Assembly (NCBI RefSeq): GCF_006345805.1
Contig: NW_021826221.1
Span: 1 to 36,212, forward strand
DNA length: 36,212 bases
From: Octopus sinensis
Lineage: Eukaryota
Reading direction: 5' to 3'
Made by a program: the position numbers and the translations under genes. Shown here piece after piece: positions 21,924 through 33,436 of this stretch (the stretch's first letter is position 1; each line of letters begins with the position of its first letter). The notes beneath the pieces were generated by a model. The model was not told the origin of the DNA. It saw only the letters and a list, made by a program, of their open reading frames with translations, and did no database searches.

Positions 21924-22798
21924 CGAAGTGATATCAAAAAGTTCCTGGGCTAATTATGTTTAATAAAAAATAACTTATTTACCTAAGTTTTAACCTCGTC
22001 TCCTTTGAAATAGTCACCTTGCACAGCAATACACCAGTCCCATCATTCCTGCCGCTTTTGGAATTTGTTCTGGAAGTTGTTTTCTGTAAGCGAGTAAAGG
22101 ACCTTCTGCAATTCACTCTTGATCTCAACAATGGTGTTAAAACGGCAACCTTTGAGCTGCATTTTCATTTTGGGGAAGAGATGGAAGCTCACAGGTGCTA
22201 AATCTAGCGAATGGGGCAGGTGCAAAAGTGATACCATGTTGCTTTTGGCAAGAAACTCGCAAGTGAGGAGAGCTCAGTAACTGGGTGCATTGTTATCGTG
22301 AAAAATCCAATTTTTCATGCTCCACAGATCAGTTGCTTTTGCCAAACATCATCACAGTAGAACTCTTGATTGATGCTCTGGCCCTGGGGGACAAATTCTT
22401 GATGCACATACCACAGATGTTGAAAGAAACAATGAGCATGCTTTTGATTGGGCTGCTGTTCTGTTGTGCCACTTTTGAAGCCCTCGTGCCACTCAAAATA
22501 TTGCATACAAACATTGCCTTGTCTCTATAAGCTTGCCAAAACATGCTCAATAACTCTGTGGCAGATGTCTCTAGTTTACCAAAAATTTCCTGTGGGCTCT
22601 TTGTTCCAAAATCCCAGTCTACAGCAGACCCGTGATCACATAAACACAAATTTCACCACTTGCAAAGTGAGCACAGCAATGTCACTCAGCACACTGCCTC
22701 ATGACAGTCACTGCTACCTCTCACTGCACATACAACCATGTGCTGCCATCTCTTGGTATGTTACTGAACTATTCTGGAAACTTTTTGATGCCACTTTA
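21924..22798 (-). mobile_element. mariner element, 875 bp, internally deleted
   Basis: TA TSDs at 21922-23 and 22799-800; TIRs CGAAGTGATATCAAAAAGTTCC / TAAAGTGGCATCAAAAAGTTTCC. Minus-strand relics of the HTH (KLETSATELLSM..AYRDKAM), KSMLIVSF, HDN and HSLDLAP..HLFPKMK..LKG.RF. Confidence 0.9.
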
Positions 22799-22889
22799 TA
22801 GTGTAATAGTTGAAAGTGAATGCCACTGTTCAGTTTCCTTGGTTTTCAATCTGCCAAGATATGTCTGGTCTACAAAAAAATATTACCTT

Positions 22890-23000
22890 AAATGGGAATA
22901 GATGGAGGTTGGAAACAGGAAGGGCATCTGGTCACAGAAAATCTGCCCAACACTTGTGGGCATGGAAAAGTGGAGATTAAAACAATGATGATGACGATGA
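22890..23000 (+). mobile_element. Short old RTE 3' tail
   Basis: GGTTGGAAACAGGAAGGGCATCTGG...GCATGGAAAAGTGGAGATTAAAACAATGATGATG. Confidence 0.65.
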
Positions 23001-23205
23001 TACATGTTACCATTCTTACTTGAACCAAACAATAAAACCTACATGCAAACAAAGGCACATACAGCTCCTCTCCTTTGAACATACACACACATCGGGCTCT
23101 TCTTCTTTGGACAAAAAATAAAATACACACATGCACAAACACACTCTCTCTTTCTCTCTCTCTCACACACACACACATTCATATATGTCACATTTTATTT
23201 TTCAG

Positions 23206-23469
23206 GTCATGGTCTTACCACGATCAGAATTTTCTTTATATGCTACTGGAATATGTACCTGGTGGTGAACTGTTCTCTTATCTGCGAAAGTCTGGGTTTT
23301 TCAGCAGTGCTTGGGCTAACTTTTTTGCCTGTGAACTGATCTCAGCCATAGACTATCTCCATAGTAAATTAATTGTCTACAGAGATTTGAAACCAGAAAA
23401 TCTCCTCTTAGATTATGAAGGCCATATGAAAATTACTGATTTTGGTTTTGCTAAGAGGCTTCGTGACAG
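23206..23469 (+). CDS. PRKX: PRKX/Pka-C3-like kinase, internal coding exon (264 bp; hinge, catalytic loop, DFG)
   Basis: TTTTCAG acceptor ending at 23205, GTAAGT donor at 23470. Encodes [30 protein letters not shown]...[30 protein letters not shown](R). Confidence 0.97.
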
Positions 23470-23699
23470 GTAAGTAAATTTTTTGTCCTCTGTGTATGTA
23501 TGTGTTTGTGTATGTATATGATTGATCTGTGTGCGAGTACTTCTTTTTTATAGTTCATTGTTTTGATATTGATAGAAAAAAAATGCAGTTGCACACAATT
23601 TTTGAAATTTACTTTGGTCTTACCAAACTGAGAAAAATTGAGTGTTAATTTAACACAGTTAATGTGGTTATATTCAGAGTTGTTTTAAAAACTAATCCT

Positions 23700-24190
23700 C
23701 ACAACATTTGATGCCATCCTCAGCTGAAAAGTTCATAGGCTGACCAAGACACTCTCATGGAGTGTTTGTTTTGTGTTAGGAAACTGACAATAGCCAGATA
23801 GGGCCAAAACAAGAAGATAGGGAGGTTCATCAACCAGTTCAATGGCACAGCAACCATTGAAACGTAAGGCTTGTGTACTGGAGCATTGTCCTGAGGAAAC
23901 AAGAACCATTTTGTCGGTTATCCTTTAGTCAGTTTGGTCTTCAGTTTCCCTGTAGATAAAACAATCTTGGCCTTCTTTGGAGCAGGTGAGGAGAGGCAGT
24001 TTCCATTGCATGGATTGTTTCTTTGTCTCTGGCTCAGGAAACATTCAAGGAAACCAGCTGGATCGACCTCAAACAATGTCAGATTTTCCTTTGATATGGT
24101 CAGCCTTGTATTGCCAAAATCTTAAAGACTAGATTCTTACATCAGAGCCTGGGCATATGATTTGGAAACTAATGACCTCTCTTAGCCCTG
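23700..24190 (-). mobile_element. mariner transposase relic, ends not resolved
   Basis: Minus strand: ENLTLFEVDPAGFLECFL, QSMQWK-like segment, SPAPKKAK, QDNAPVHK. Confidence 0.7.
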
Positions 24191-24963
24191 CGTGTCCAGT
24201 CAAAATTCTAATTAATCAGATATCCAAAATTGTTTGAATCATATCTGGTTTAATGCCTTGTTTAAATTCAAATCAATATTTCTGAAACTTTGTCAAACTA
24301 TTAATTTTTGTTTTTGTTTAAAATTCACAATATAAATTAGGAGCACATTAAGATTAGCATGGATTGGGGGTGGGTGGCTGGGGAGAACGTGTCTTTATTG
24401 TTCAGCTTGTAGTAAATGAAGAAAGAATGCTTGGTGTATATGATTTTAATTTTAGTGTTTCAATTTCTAATAGACTAGTCCTCTCTATTCTATATTGGCT
24501 GGAGACAATGTAGGGTAGAATTTTGTCAAGGTGATAACCTCTCTAGTGCTTGTGCCATGATAAAGTGTACGTAATTCACTCTGTAAAGTGCTTGGTGTTA
24601 AGAAGGGTATCAAGCCATAGTAACAATGCCAGAAATGGAATATATAAGCAAGATCTGGTTCTCCAGCTAACCTAGAAGTACAGTACTTCTGAATAGGAAC
24701 TGATTTGACTTATTAGTTACTGTCACATTTACAGTGCTTTATATCAGCATTATTATAGCAAGAGAAAAAGAAAAACTTAATTTTTCTAGTTGAAGTATAG
24801 AATTCACTGTACATCGGCTGATATGGCTTTTATAAAAAACAAACAAAACACAAAAAAAATTGGGGGATGTTCTGCAGTTGTGCATTTGGCATATGATATG
24901 TTCAGATGTCGGCTATTATTGCAGCTGCCATTAATATAGAGAAATGTATTTGAAATGTAAATA

Positions 24964-25074
24964 TTTTGTATATTTTCATAAACAAACTAATCTAACCTTA
25001 ACTGACCTAACCCAAAGTACCATTATGCTAGGTTAAGTTAGGTTAAATTAGTTTATTTATGAAGACATACATAA
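24964..25074. repeat. Imperfect AT-rich palindrome with TAACC/GGTTA units (arms about 45 bp, loop about 19 nt)
   Basis: TTCATAAACAAACTAATCTAACCTTAACTGACCTA versus reverse complement of TAGGTTAAGTTAGGTTAAATTAGTTTATTTATGAA. Confidence 0.75.
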
Positions 25075-27149
25075 CATGTGTTCTTGATAATGTATCTTGC
25101 TAGGATGTTTTCAATAGGTGCAAAAAATTTCATCATTTTCAAACATGGTTTTATTTAGAAGAAAATGCATATTCTTAGTTTGACACACATTGTCATGGTA
25201 TTCATGCTGCCATCTTCAATTTGCAATTAAATTGAGTGGAAAGCAAAAAAAAATATGTAAGAGGCTATTTTGTCAGGTTTATTATATCTATTTTGTTTCA
25301 TTTTTAAAGCCCTACCTGTTTGTATTCAGTAAATTCTGTGCTTTGTTTAGGTAAAAAAAAGAAAACAACAAGTTTCTTTAAGTGTAAAAGCAGCAGCTCC
25401 TTATGTAAGCCATTATGTAACCATATTAATACTTTTTCATAAAAGGAAAGCGAAAAACTAATGATGGCAAATCATTGGGAAATCAATTTAAGTGATTTAT
25501 GCAGAACAAGAATACTGCAATATGCAAGTTAAATAGGCATAAATCCACTCTAACTGTTTGTGAAAAATCTGTTAAAATACTGAATGAATGCTAATAGTTG
25601 TGCACAATTGTTTCTAGTTTCAAACATATAGTTTATGTAAGCTACGGACATGAACAAATTTAAAATTAAATAAAGTGTACAAAGTTTGTCATCAGTTGAT
25701 AGGTCACCAAACTGATCCAATAAGTTACAATAAAGCAAATGTATATGAAAAGGTGTTTAATCAAGTATGCTGTTGCTCTGGCTTGCTGTAAAAAAAATAG
25801 ATAACTTAAAAAAAAGGCAAAATAGTATCAATTATGAAGAAGAGCAATGACCATGATTTTTTACTTGGTTTCTAATATATGTGTCACAATGCTAAAGTAT
25901 TTGTGTTTCAGATATTTTTCTATAAGCATCAAAGAGTGCAAACATTTGGTTTTGGGATAATTCTTAAATTAAAAATTAGTAAAAGATTTTATAAAGGAAT
26001 TGAAAATTTTTCAGCAATAAATAACATTGTTATAAATGTAATTCTTGTAAACAATTCATCGCATTACATTACAATAGCAAAATGTACATGATGGAGTTTG
26101 TTTATATATCATTGCCAATTTAGTCTCATTATTCTGCTAAATGCCATTTTAAAGATTTTGGTCAAGGTGCTCACTGAAGTTGGAGCTTGTGATTATTTGT
26201 GTTCTCAGTAGAACAGAAGCAGGTGCAATTCTCTGCAGATTTATCCAGGATAACATCTATCTCATATGATACATTGTAGAAAGAGTTGGTAATAGTGTAG
26301 CTTTCTTAGGGCACTGAATAAGATCAGTCCTAAGTTTTTGACAGTTGTCCAAAGTGTTGCTAGTTTCAGTTTCCTTTTTAAAACATTGATCCCTACTATG
26401 TACTGCAGCATTTACTTGGTAGTCGAACTAAATGGTCACCTATTGGAATAGTTTCAAATCACATACTCTTCATCAAGATTGTGTCTGATTATCACTCCTG
26501 TATGTTTTCGTTCTCAAGTTTGCTGTGGAAGTTAGATACGCCATGGGGCATTCTGCTCGTATTGGAACACACCAGAATCATGTTTTCATCCACTGAATGT
26601 CATTGACATGCTGTTGGTTATCTCAGAAATGCCGATGGTTGATGTCATACAGAAGAAATACAAAGGGTAGCAGCAAGATGCATACTAACCAGGAAAAGTC
26701 AGTTGGTTTGCGACTTTGGGATTATTAACAATTTCCAAAATTCATTGGTCTGGAAGTGCTATTGGAGAGCAGGTTTTGCCAGTTTGGGATAAACCTCTGT
26801 AGGTACAACAATGCCACCAACTGGGTCTGTTTGAGATGTTTGAAGAATGACAAAACTGTTCTCCATGAACTTGTTCAGTGTCTGAAATGACTGACTTGTA
26901 AGTGCTGTTGCATGCAGGGTACTTCATGCCCTGGCTATATTGTAGCAACCTGTAAACATTGTCATTTGTAAACTTCAATAATAATGAATTTTGGGATTTT
27001 AGTGCTCCAATTGAACTGCAAAAGAGCTTACATGCAAATATAGTAAAAAAAAAACAACAACAAAAAACAAAACAAAAATACAATAAGGAGATTTAGCTAG
27101 AATATAGTTATGTTTTTAATATAACATTCTAAAGCAAAATCTCTTCCCC

Positions 27150-28050
27150 ATATATGCAAAAGGAGCGTAACATTTTTATTCATTCAAATTGCACATATGT
27201 GTTGGTTGAGTAACTCTTCTTCTATTGTAATTCTTCTTCCTGTTCTCTTTTGTGGATTCTAAGCAGAAGCAAATTGCCATTATTGAGTTTTTGACAAGGG
27301 AGGTGTGCGAGCTGTCCAATACCCACAGAAGACTACAGGTTGTGTGCACAGATGATGCCATTGACAAGAGCAATGTACACAGATGGGAAATCAGCATCGA
27401 AGACAGACCACACAACGGGAGACCATCAGTTGCGGCGGCCAATGATAAGCACTGCCAGCAAGGGGATGAGTTTCAATCCATGGGCTGGCCGTACAACTGA
27501 ACTGTGGTCACATGGTGTTGCAGAAAGGGGTGGAAAGACTGGGTCTTCAAAAGTGGGTACCTCTGCAGTTGACACACAATTTTTCATGAGCCAGCAATTG
27601 GCACTAAAAGTCATGGTGACTATTTTTTGGAATAATAAGAGTGTCATTGCTCTTGATTTTCTAGAATGTGGCTGTACTGTGAACAGTGAATGGTACATTG
27701 AGATTAAAAGGACCCACAGAAACTGTTAGGGGGAAGAAACTGAACAAGGATCTGAAAATGATTCACATTCACCATGATTTGGCAACAAATCATGCAATCA
27801 GCAATTTGGATTTGGGCCGGTCAGTGCTCCCCTGTCCACTGTACAGCCAGGATCTGTTGCTCTCCAATATCTGCCTTTAGTCCAATGAAGGACAGTCATA
27901 AGGGGCAACAAAGCTGAGGTGAAAGTGGTTGTGAAGAAATGAGTGCAAGAGGGTACACCTGATTTTTCTTAAAGCAGATTTCATGGTCGAGTTCAATAAT
28001 GGTGCAAATGCATTGCTTGTGGTGCAAAGAAGAGTTTTTCTACCAACATG
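27150..28050 (+). mobile_element. mariner relic, old and deleted, ends approximate
   Basis: MDSKQKQIAIIEFLTRE..RRLQVVC.DDAIDKSNVHRW..DRPHNGRP; KWVPLQLT; KVMVTIFW..DFLE.G.TVNSEWY; PCPLYSQDL (HPPYSPDL). Confidence 0.75.
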
Positions 28051-28205
28051 TGCAGTTTGAACAACCTGCATCAGTTAATATAAAAAAAGTTATGCTCAGT
28101 TTTGCATTACATTCAGGACAACTCTCCTACATGATCATGCATATACACACACAGACGCACACACACACACACACACACCACACACACACACACCACACAC
28201 ACATA

Positions 28206-29734
28206 TTGGTTTGGCAAGTAAGTAATTTCGTTTTTTGTAAATAGATAGAATTATGATTTTTTGAATGACTTTTGTCAATGTTATGATTTTTTTTCTTTTG
28301 ACATTTGATAGCCATTACTTTTAGCTTACTTTAGAAGCAAAATGCACGTAATTTCGTTTACAGCTGTTAGTTTTACAGCGTCAATTTTAACATGGAGTGC
28401 AAAAACGAACATTTTCACCATATTTTGCTTTTTTACTTCTGTAAAGGCAAGAAGGCTGCTGAGGCTCACAAAGAGATATGTGAAGTTTATGGTGTTGATT
28501 GCTTAACAGAACGTACATGGTCAGAAATGGTTTAAAAAATCCTGTTCTGGAGATTTTTCACTCAAAGATGACCAATGTTCTGGTCGACCTACGCAAGTTC
28601 ATGATGAGCGAATCAAAGCCATAATTGAATCTGATTGTCATGTGACTGTGCAAAAGATTGCAGAGAGGTTAAATGTTTCACACACAACAATTGAAAATCA
28701 CTTAAAATGTTGTTGTATTTCGGAATGGTCATTTTGCCAGTTTAGCCAATAAAAAGAAACTCACTATATATTTGGTGTTACTTTGCTTCAGTGTTATTTA
28801 TTTTTTACATTAAATTTAATCTTATTAAAAAATAAATAACACTGAAGCAAAGTAACACCAAATATATAGTGCGTGTGTTTTTATTGGCTAAACTGGCAAA
28901 ATGACCATTCCGAAATACAAAAATATCTGTTTCAACACACGACTTCACATAAAAAATCTTGCACAACAAATATATAAACGTAACACTTAAAATGTCTTTG
29001 ACTCATTAAGAAGCTTGATATTTGGGTTCCACATGAATTGAAAGAGGTTCCCTTGATACAATGAATTAATATTTGCAATATGCATCTCCAATGCAAGGAA
29101 ATCAACCTTCTTTTGAAACAAATCATCACTGGTGATAAAAAATGGATTGTCTACAATGTCAATCGAAAACAATCATGGTCCAAGCATAATGGACCAGCAG
29201 AAACCGCATCAAAAGCTGAATTGCATTAAAAAAAAAGGTCATACTATCAATTTGGTGGGATTACAAAGGTGCTGTGTATTTTGAGCTGCTTCCAAGGAAC
29301 CAAACTATCAAATCAGATGTTTACTGTCAAGCAATCAAAGAAAAACAGCCAGAATTGGCAAATCATAAAGGAATTGTGTTCCACCATGACAACGCTAGAC
29401 CACACATGTCTTTGCTAACTTGTAGAAAATTATTGGAACTTGGTTGGGAACAAGTAATGTCACATCCACCATATAGCCTGACCTCACACCATCAGTTTAC
29501 CATTTATTTCAAAGTTTGCAAAATTCTTTGGATGGTAAAACTTTCAATAATGATGATGACCTGAAATCACACTTGCTTCACTTTTTGGCTGATAAGGTCC
29601 AGAAGTTTTATGAGTGCGGCGTCAGGAAGTTTCCAGAAAGATGGCAAAAGGTCATTGAACAAAATGGAAAATATAGAATTTGTATGAAAAAAAAAAGAAT
29701 TATTTCACAAAACCGAAATTACTTACCAACCCAT
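28206..29734 (+). mobile_element. mariner (DD34D) element, near full length but decayed, interrupted by a palindromic insertion
   Basis: TA TSDs at 28204-05 and 29735-36; TIR core AAGTAATTTCG(G)TTTT. ATG at 28392 gives MECKNEHFHHILLFYF..; WVPHEL; ITGDKKWIVY; HHDNARPH; HPPYS. Length minus insertion is about 1244 bp. Confidence 0.92.
28711..28983. mobile_element. 273-bp insertion (208-bp near-perfect palindrome plus 63-bp tail) with 12-bp TSD; class unresolved, Penelope-like fold-back suspected
   Basis: TSD CACTTAAAATGT at 28699-28710 and 28984-28995. Arms 28713-28807 and 28826-28920 are 92/95 complementary. Removing the insert restores the mariner reading IENHLKC...KKLDIWVPHEL. Confidence 0.85.
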
Positions 29735-30108
29735 TATATGTCCGGTCATAGAGTGACCAATGGTTTCACATCCATAAAGCACTTAGCTTTAGAGACAACT
29801 CATCAGACTCCAATGGTCACAGGCATATAACCTCTCTTCAAACTGGAGGTAGAAAACCGTTATGGTCAATTAATTTGTAAATAAAAGAATAATAAACATG
29901 GTCTGAGCCTTAAACAGGACAAGTTATTACCCTTAGACCGGTCCGTTGGAAGAGTGTTTATATGCCGGCAACAATTGGAGTCTAAGCGCATTATGGAGGC
30001 ATTAGTCACTCTGTGATTGGACATTTATACATATTTAACTTCATGTTAGTACATTACTGCACTAACTTTTCGAGTGTCCTTTTTCGGATATCTGATCCTG
30101 TGATGATA

Positions 30109-31387
30109 CAAGGGGCGTTCAATAAGTAATGCCCCTGATCCACTTGCAGTTATTTGATCTAGCTGAAATTTTGCATGTGCAATATAGAATACGTGGCAAA
30201 TTACAGCTCTGGACTAATTGCGGTTTCTGATTTACAGGTGTTTGAACTGAGTCAAGTATGAAATGGAGCCTGTTGAGTGTCGAGCAGTGATCCGGTTTTT
30301 GTATTTGAAAGGACGCACACCATGGAAGACCTTTGATGAAATGAAAGTAACTTATGGTGATGATGCCCCATCATATGACCTTGTAAAACGCTGGCATCGT
30401 GAATTTAAACATGGTCGGAACTCTGTGGAAACAGCTCCCAGATCTGGTCGCCCCCCTTCTGCCATTGATGAGACATCTGTCCGTCAAGTTGAGGCTGCCA
30501 TTTTGGAAGATCAACGCATAACTATTCGCGAAATAGCCCATGAGGTCAAGATTAGTACCGGGTCTGTGGAAACTATCATTCATGACCATTTGCATATGCA
30601 AAAGGTGTCTGCCAGATGGATTCCCAAGTTGCTCACATCTTTCCAGAAGCAAGAACGTGCCGATTGCTCGAGGATGAATTTGGAGATGTGCCAAGAAGAT
30701 GAGTCAAAATTTTTCAAAAGACTGATTACACAGGATGAAACCTGGGTCCATCACTATGATCCAGAGACCAAAGCCCAGTCAATGCAGTGGAAGCACCGTG
30801 ACTCCCCTCCTCCAAAGAAGGCAAGGGTGCAGCCCTCCGCTGGCAAGGTCATGCTCACAGTCTTCTGGGACCAGGACGGAGTAGTGATGACAGATTTCCT
30901 GGCAAATGGTGTCACAATTACAGGAGTCTATTATGCTTCACTTTTGAGGAAATTAAGAGAAGCTATCAAAATCAAGGGCAGGGCAAGATCAGCAAAGGCA
31001 TCCTCCTCCTGCAGGACAACGCTCTGGTCCACAACTCGCGTGTCGCCAGATCAGAAGCACAGGCGTGCGGCTATGAACTCCTCCCCCATGCCCCCTACTC
31101 TTCTGACCTTGCACCCTCTGATTTTCACCTCTTCCCAGCCATGAAGTTGTTTTTGAAAGGAAATCGTTTCCCAGATGATGCAGCCTTTATTTCTGAAGTC
31201 ACATCGTGGTTGGAGGACCAAGCTGGGGTCTTCTACAGAAACGGTCTTCAGAGCTGCATCAAACAATGGGAGAAATGCGTAACTCTGGGTGGTTCCTATG
31301 TAGAAAAAGACTAATAACTGTTCCAAGTTTCGTTGCTCTACTGCTATGGGAAGTGGGTCAGGGGCATTACTTATTGAACGCCCCTCG
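30109..31387 (+). mobile_element. mariner (DD34D) element, full length 1279 bp, young
   Basis: TA TSDs at 30107-08 and 31388-89. TIRs C(A/G)AGGGGCGTTCAATAAGTAATGCCCCTGA match 29/30 and extend to 37 bp with 2 mismatches. Confidence 0.97.
30263..31314 (+). pseudogene. mariner transposase (350 aa if repaired) broken by one 1-bp deletion near 30977-30981
   Basis: Frame 1: MEPVECRAVIRFLYLKG...SARWIPKLL...TQDETWVHHYDPE...AIKIK. The shifted frame continues GKISKGILLLQDNALVH...HAPYSSDLAPSDFHLFP...EKD* (TAA 31312-31314), with 34 residues between the 2nd and 3rd Asp. Confidence 0.93.
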
Positions 31388-31763
31388 TATATGAATATGC
31401 TTCATCATGAAGTCAGTACAGTTTCTATTACTTTTTCTTTTACTTGTCTTTTTTTCCTCTTTAGTAAAATGTATAGCTTGAAACATTAGATCCTCTTGTA
31501 GTCCTTTCATCGGTGCATTTATTTTCATTGTCCATATTCTTTTAATCTTGTTTTGTTTCATATTTCTACCTTTCCCACCACTCTCTTTTTCTTATCCAAC
31601 TTCATATATTGTTTAGCTCCTCCTTACTTTATTTGTGTAGTTTTTGTCTACTCATGTCCTTATGCTTATATAGAACAAATAACTGCTACTTCATGGAGTG
31701 ACCAGGGTGACTACAAATATGTCTGTAAATTTATATGTGCTTTTCTATATATATATATATGAA

Positions 31764-31830
31764 TCATCATCAGCGTTTAATGTCCGCTTTCCGTGCTGGC
31801 ATGGGTTGGACGGTTTGACTGAGGACTGGT
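31764..31830 (-). mobile_element. Very short RTE 3' tail
   Basis: ATCATCATCAGCGTTTAATGTCCGCTTTCCGTGCTGGCATGGGTTGGACGGTTTGACTGAGG. Confidence 0.75.
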
Positions 31831-31877
31831 GGACATCATGTTGAAAGCACTAGTTCTCATTCGATGAATATATATAA

Positions 31878-31909
<32 letters not shown>

Positions 31910-33217
31910 ATATGTATATTTATATTTACACACACACAAACGTGTATGTATAAGTATATAGGAAAATTAATGAGTGTGATTCTCTGTGTATGTGTATTTA
32001 TGTATCTACTTACAGATGTACACTTGTAGACAGTGATTGTTTGCATCAGAATTGGCTTACTCTAGATAGGTGAAACGTTTTGCGAATGTGTTTTAAAGCA
32101 TTTTTGCTTTACTCTCTAATTTCACATATTCTGTATCTATTTCTCAGAAGTACTGATAAAAAAAAATGGTTTGAGTTTATTTTATTTTGTTAGAGATTTC
32201 AGTCATAAAAGGCTGCTAAATATTGAATTTGAAATTAGAATGTTACAGGAATAAAATGCTTCAGCTTAGTTTGCTCTGAATCTTGGCAGACAAAACTTGT
32301 CTTCAGAATATCCAGAAATTGATAAGAAATTCCCTGTCTGAGACTGTAGATATGCATTTTTCTCTTAAGATTTAACCTGCTTTTCTGTTAAATATCAGTA
32401 ACTCAAGTTAATGAGAGAGCAATAAGCCAACTAGAGGACTTTTACAAGAACAGTCAACCTACTAGAAATAGCAGCAAAATTTCATGGAATATACTATCTC
32501 AAAAGAAGGAAGGATGCATTGGACAGAAGTATTGGATAATTATGGTTGGATCACTGTTGATGTTGATTCTGCTCAGTTAAGATACACTATGGGCTGAACA
32601 ACACCAGTACCTGGTTGTTGAGTGCTTTTAATTTGGTTGGTAGGTTTGCATCTGAACACTGTTACCTGGTTGCAAATATTTGGGCTGAATGCTCATTAGT
32701 TCTCTTACTAACCACATTTTTCTTATGGATATTTGCCTGCAGATGTTGAGTTTGGGCATTAGGTGCATAGCTTTTACCATTTTGGAAGAGCTTGCCAAGA
32801 TTATAGTCATAGCCCCTTCACTATCTTATGAAGCAAAACCCCTAATTTTTTAGATATTACTATCTGATGGGTGTTTCAATAAATATTCATGCTTGTATTA
32901 CAGTGTGCAACAAATCCTCAGTTATACTAAATTAGACTATATGTTATTCAGGTAAAATTTGTTTGCCACTCACCAAGTTATTCTAACAAAAAAATCCATA
33001 ACAATTGAAGACTCTTTCATTAGTTTCTCAACAGTTTTTTTTTTTTGGTTTTATATTTTAAATTTCTGTGTTCTTTTCTTTGTTTACTTATTATTATCAC
33101 ATGGACCAATTTCTTTTTCTTCATGTGAAATCATGTACCACCTTTCCTCATTACTTTGTTTCTCAGTTTTTGTTTTCTTTTCCTGTGTGGTGTCATATAA
33201 ACTACATGCCACTAGAG

Positions 33218-33436
33218 CAGTGGTTTTCAACCAGGGTTCTGCCGTACCTTAGGGTTCTGCCAGTGCAGTCCAGGGATTCCGCAAGAAGTTACAAAACTGC
33301 TAAAATCGGCAGTAATTTTTAATTCTCCTGTGCAGATATGTGTGCATAAGACTATTAAATTATTGCACAGGGGTTCCTCGAGCCAGTGGAATGTTTCCTT
33401 GGGGTTCCACTCCAGCAAAAAGTTTGAAAAGCACTG
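33218..33436. mobile_element. hAT (Charlie/Buster-type) MITE, 219 bp
   Basis: Perfect 8-bp TSD CACTAGAG (33210-33217 and 33437-33444); TIRs CAGTGGTTTTCAAC / CAGTGCTTTTCAAA (12/14). Confidence 0.92.

Noticed and set aside
23075-23205. N-terminal extension of the kinase ORF in the ORF track (MNIHTHRA...)
   Set aside because: Intronic read-through. The acceptor at 23205 and the phase match to exon 173-341 define the true exon start.
24990-25046. Interstitial telomeric repeat
   Set aside because: Units are degenerate TAACC/GGTTA, few in number and arranged as a palindrome, not a (TTAGGG)n tract.
25335-25356. AG|GTAAAA junctions as recursive splice sites (also 32945-32957)
   Set aside because: The donor half is weak (not GTAAG), and such hexamers are expected by chance in AT-rich introns.
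26150-27050. GC-richer segment with a possible piggyBac-like SVDE.MI motif on the minus strand
   Set aside because: Only one short motif, with no flanking motifs recoverable in any frame. Probably a decayed TE, but unclassifiable by eye.
28826-28983. Hammerhead ribozyme in the palindromic insert (CTGAAGC ... CGAAA)
   Set aside because: The core is CTGAAGC, not CTGANGA, and no stem II is evident. Penelope assignment therefore lacks this support.
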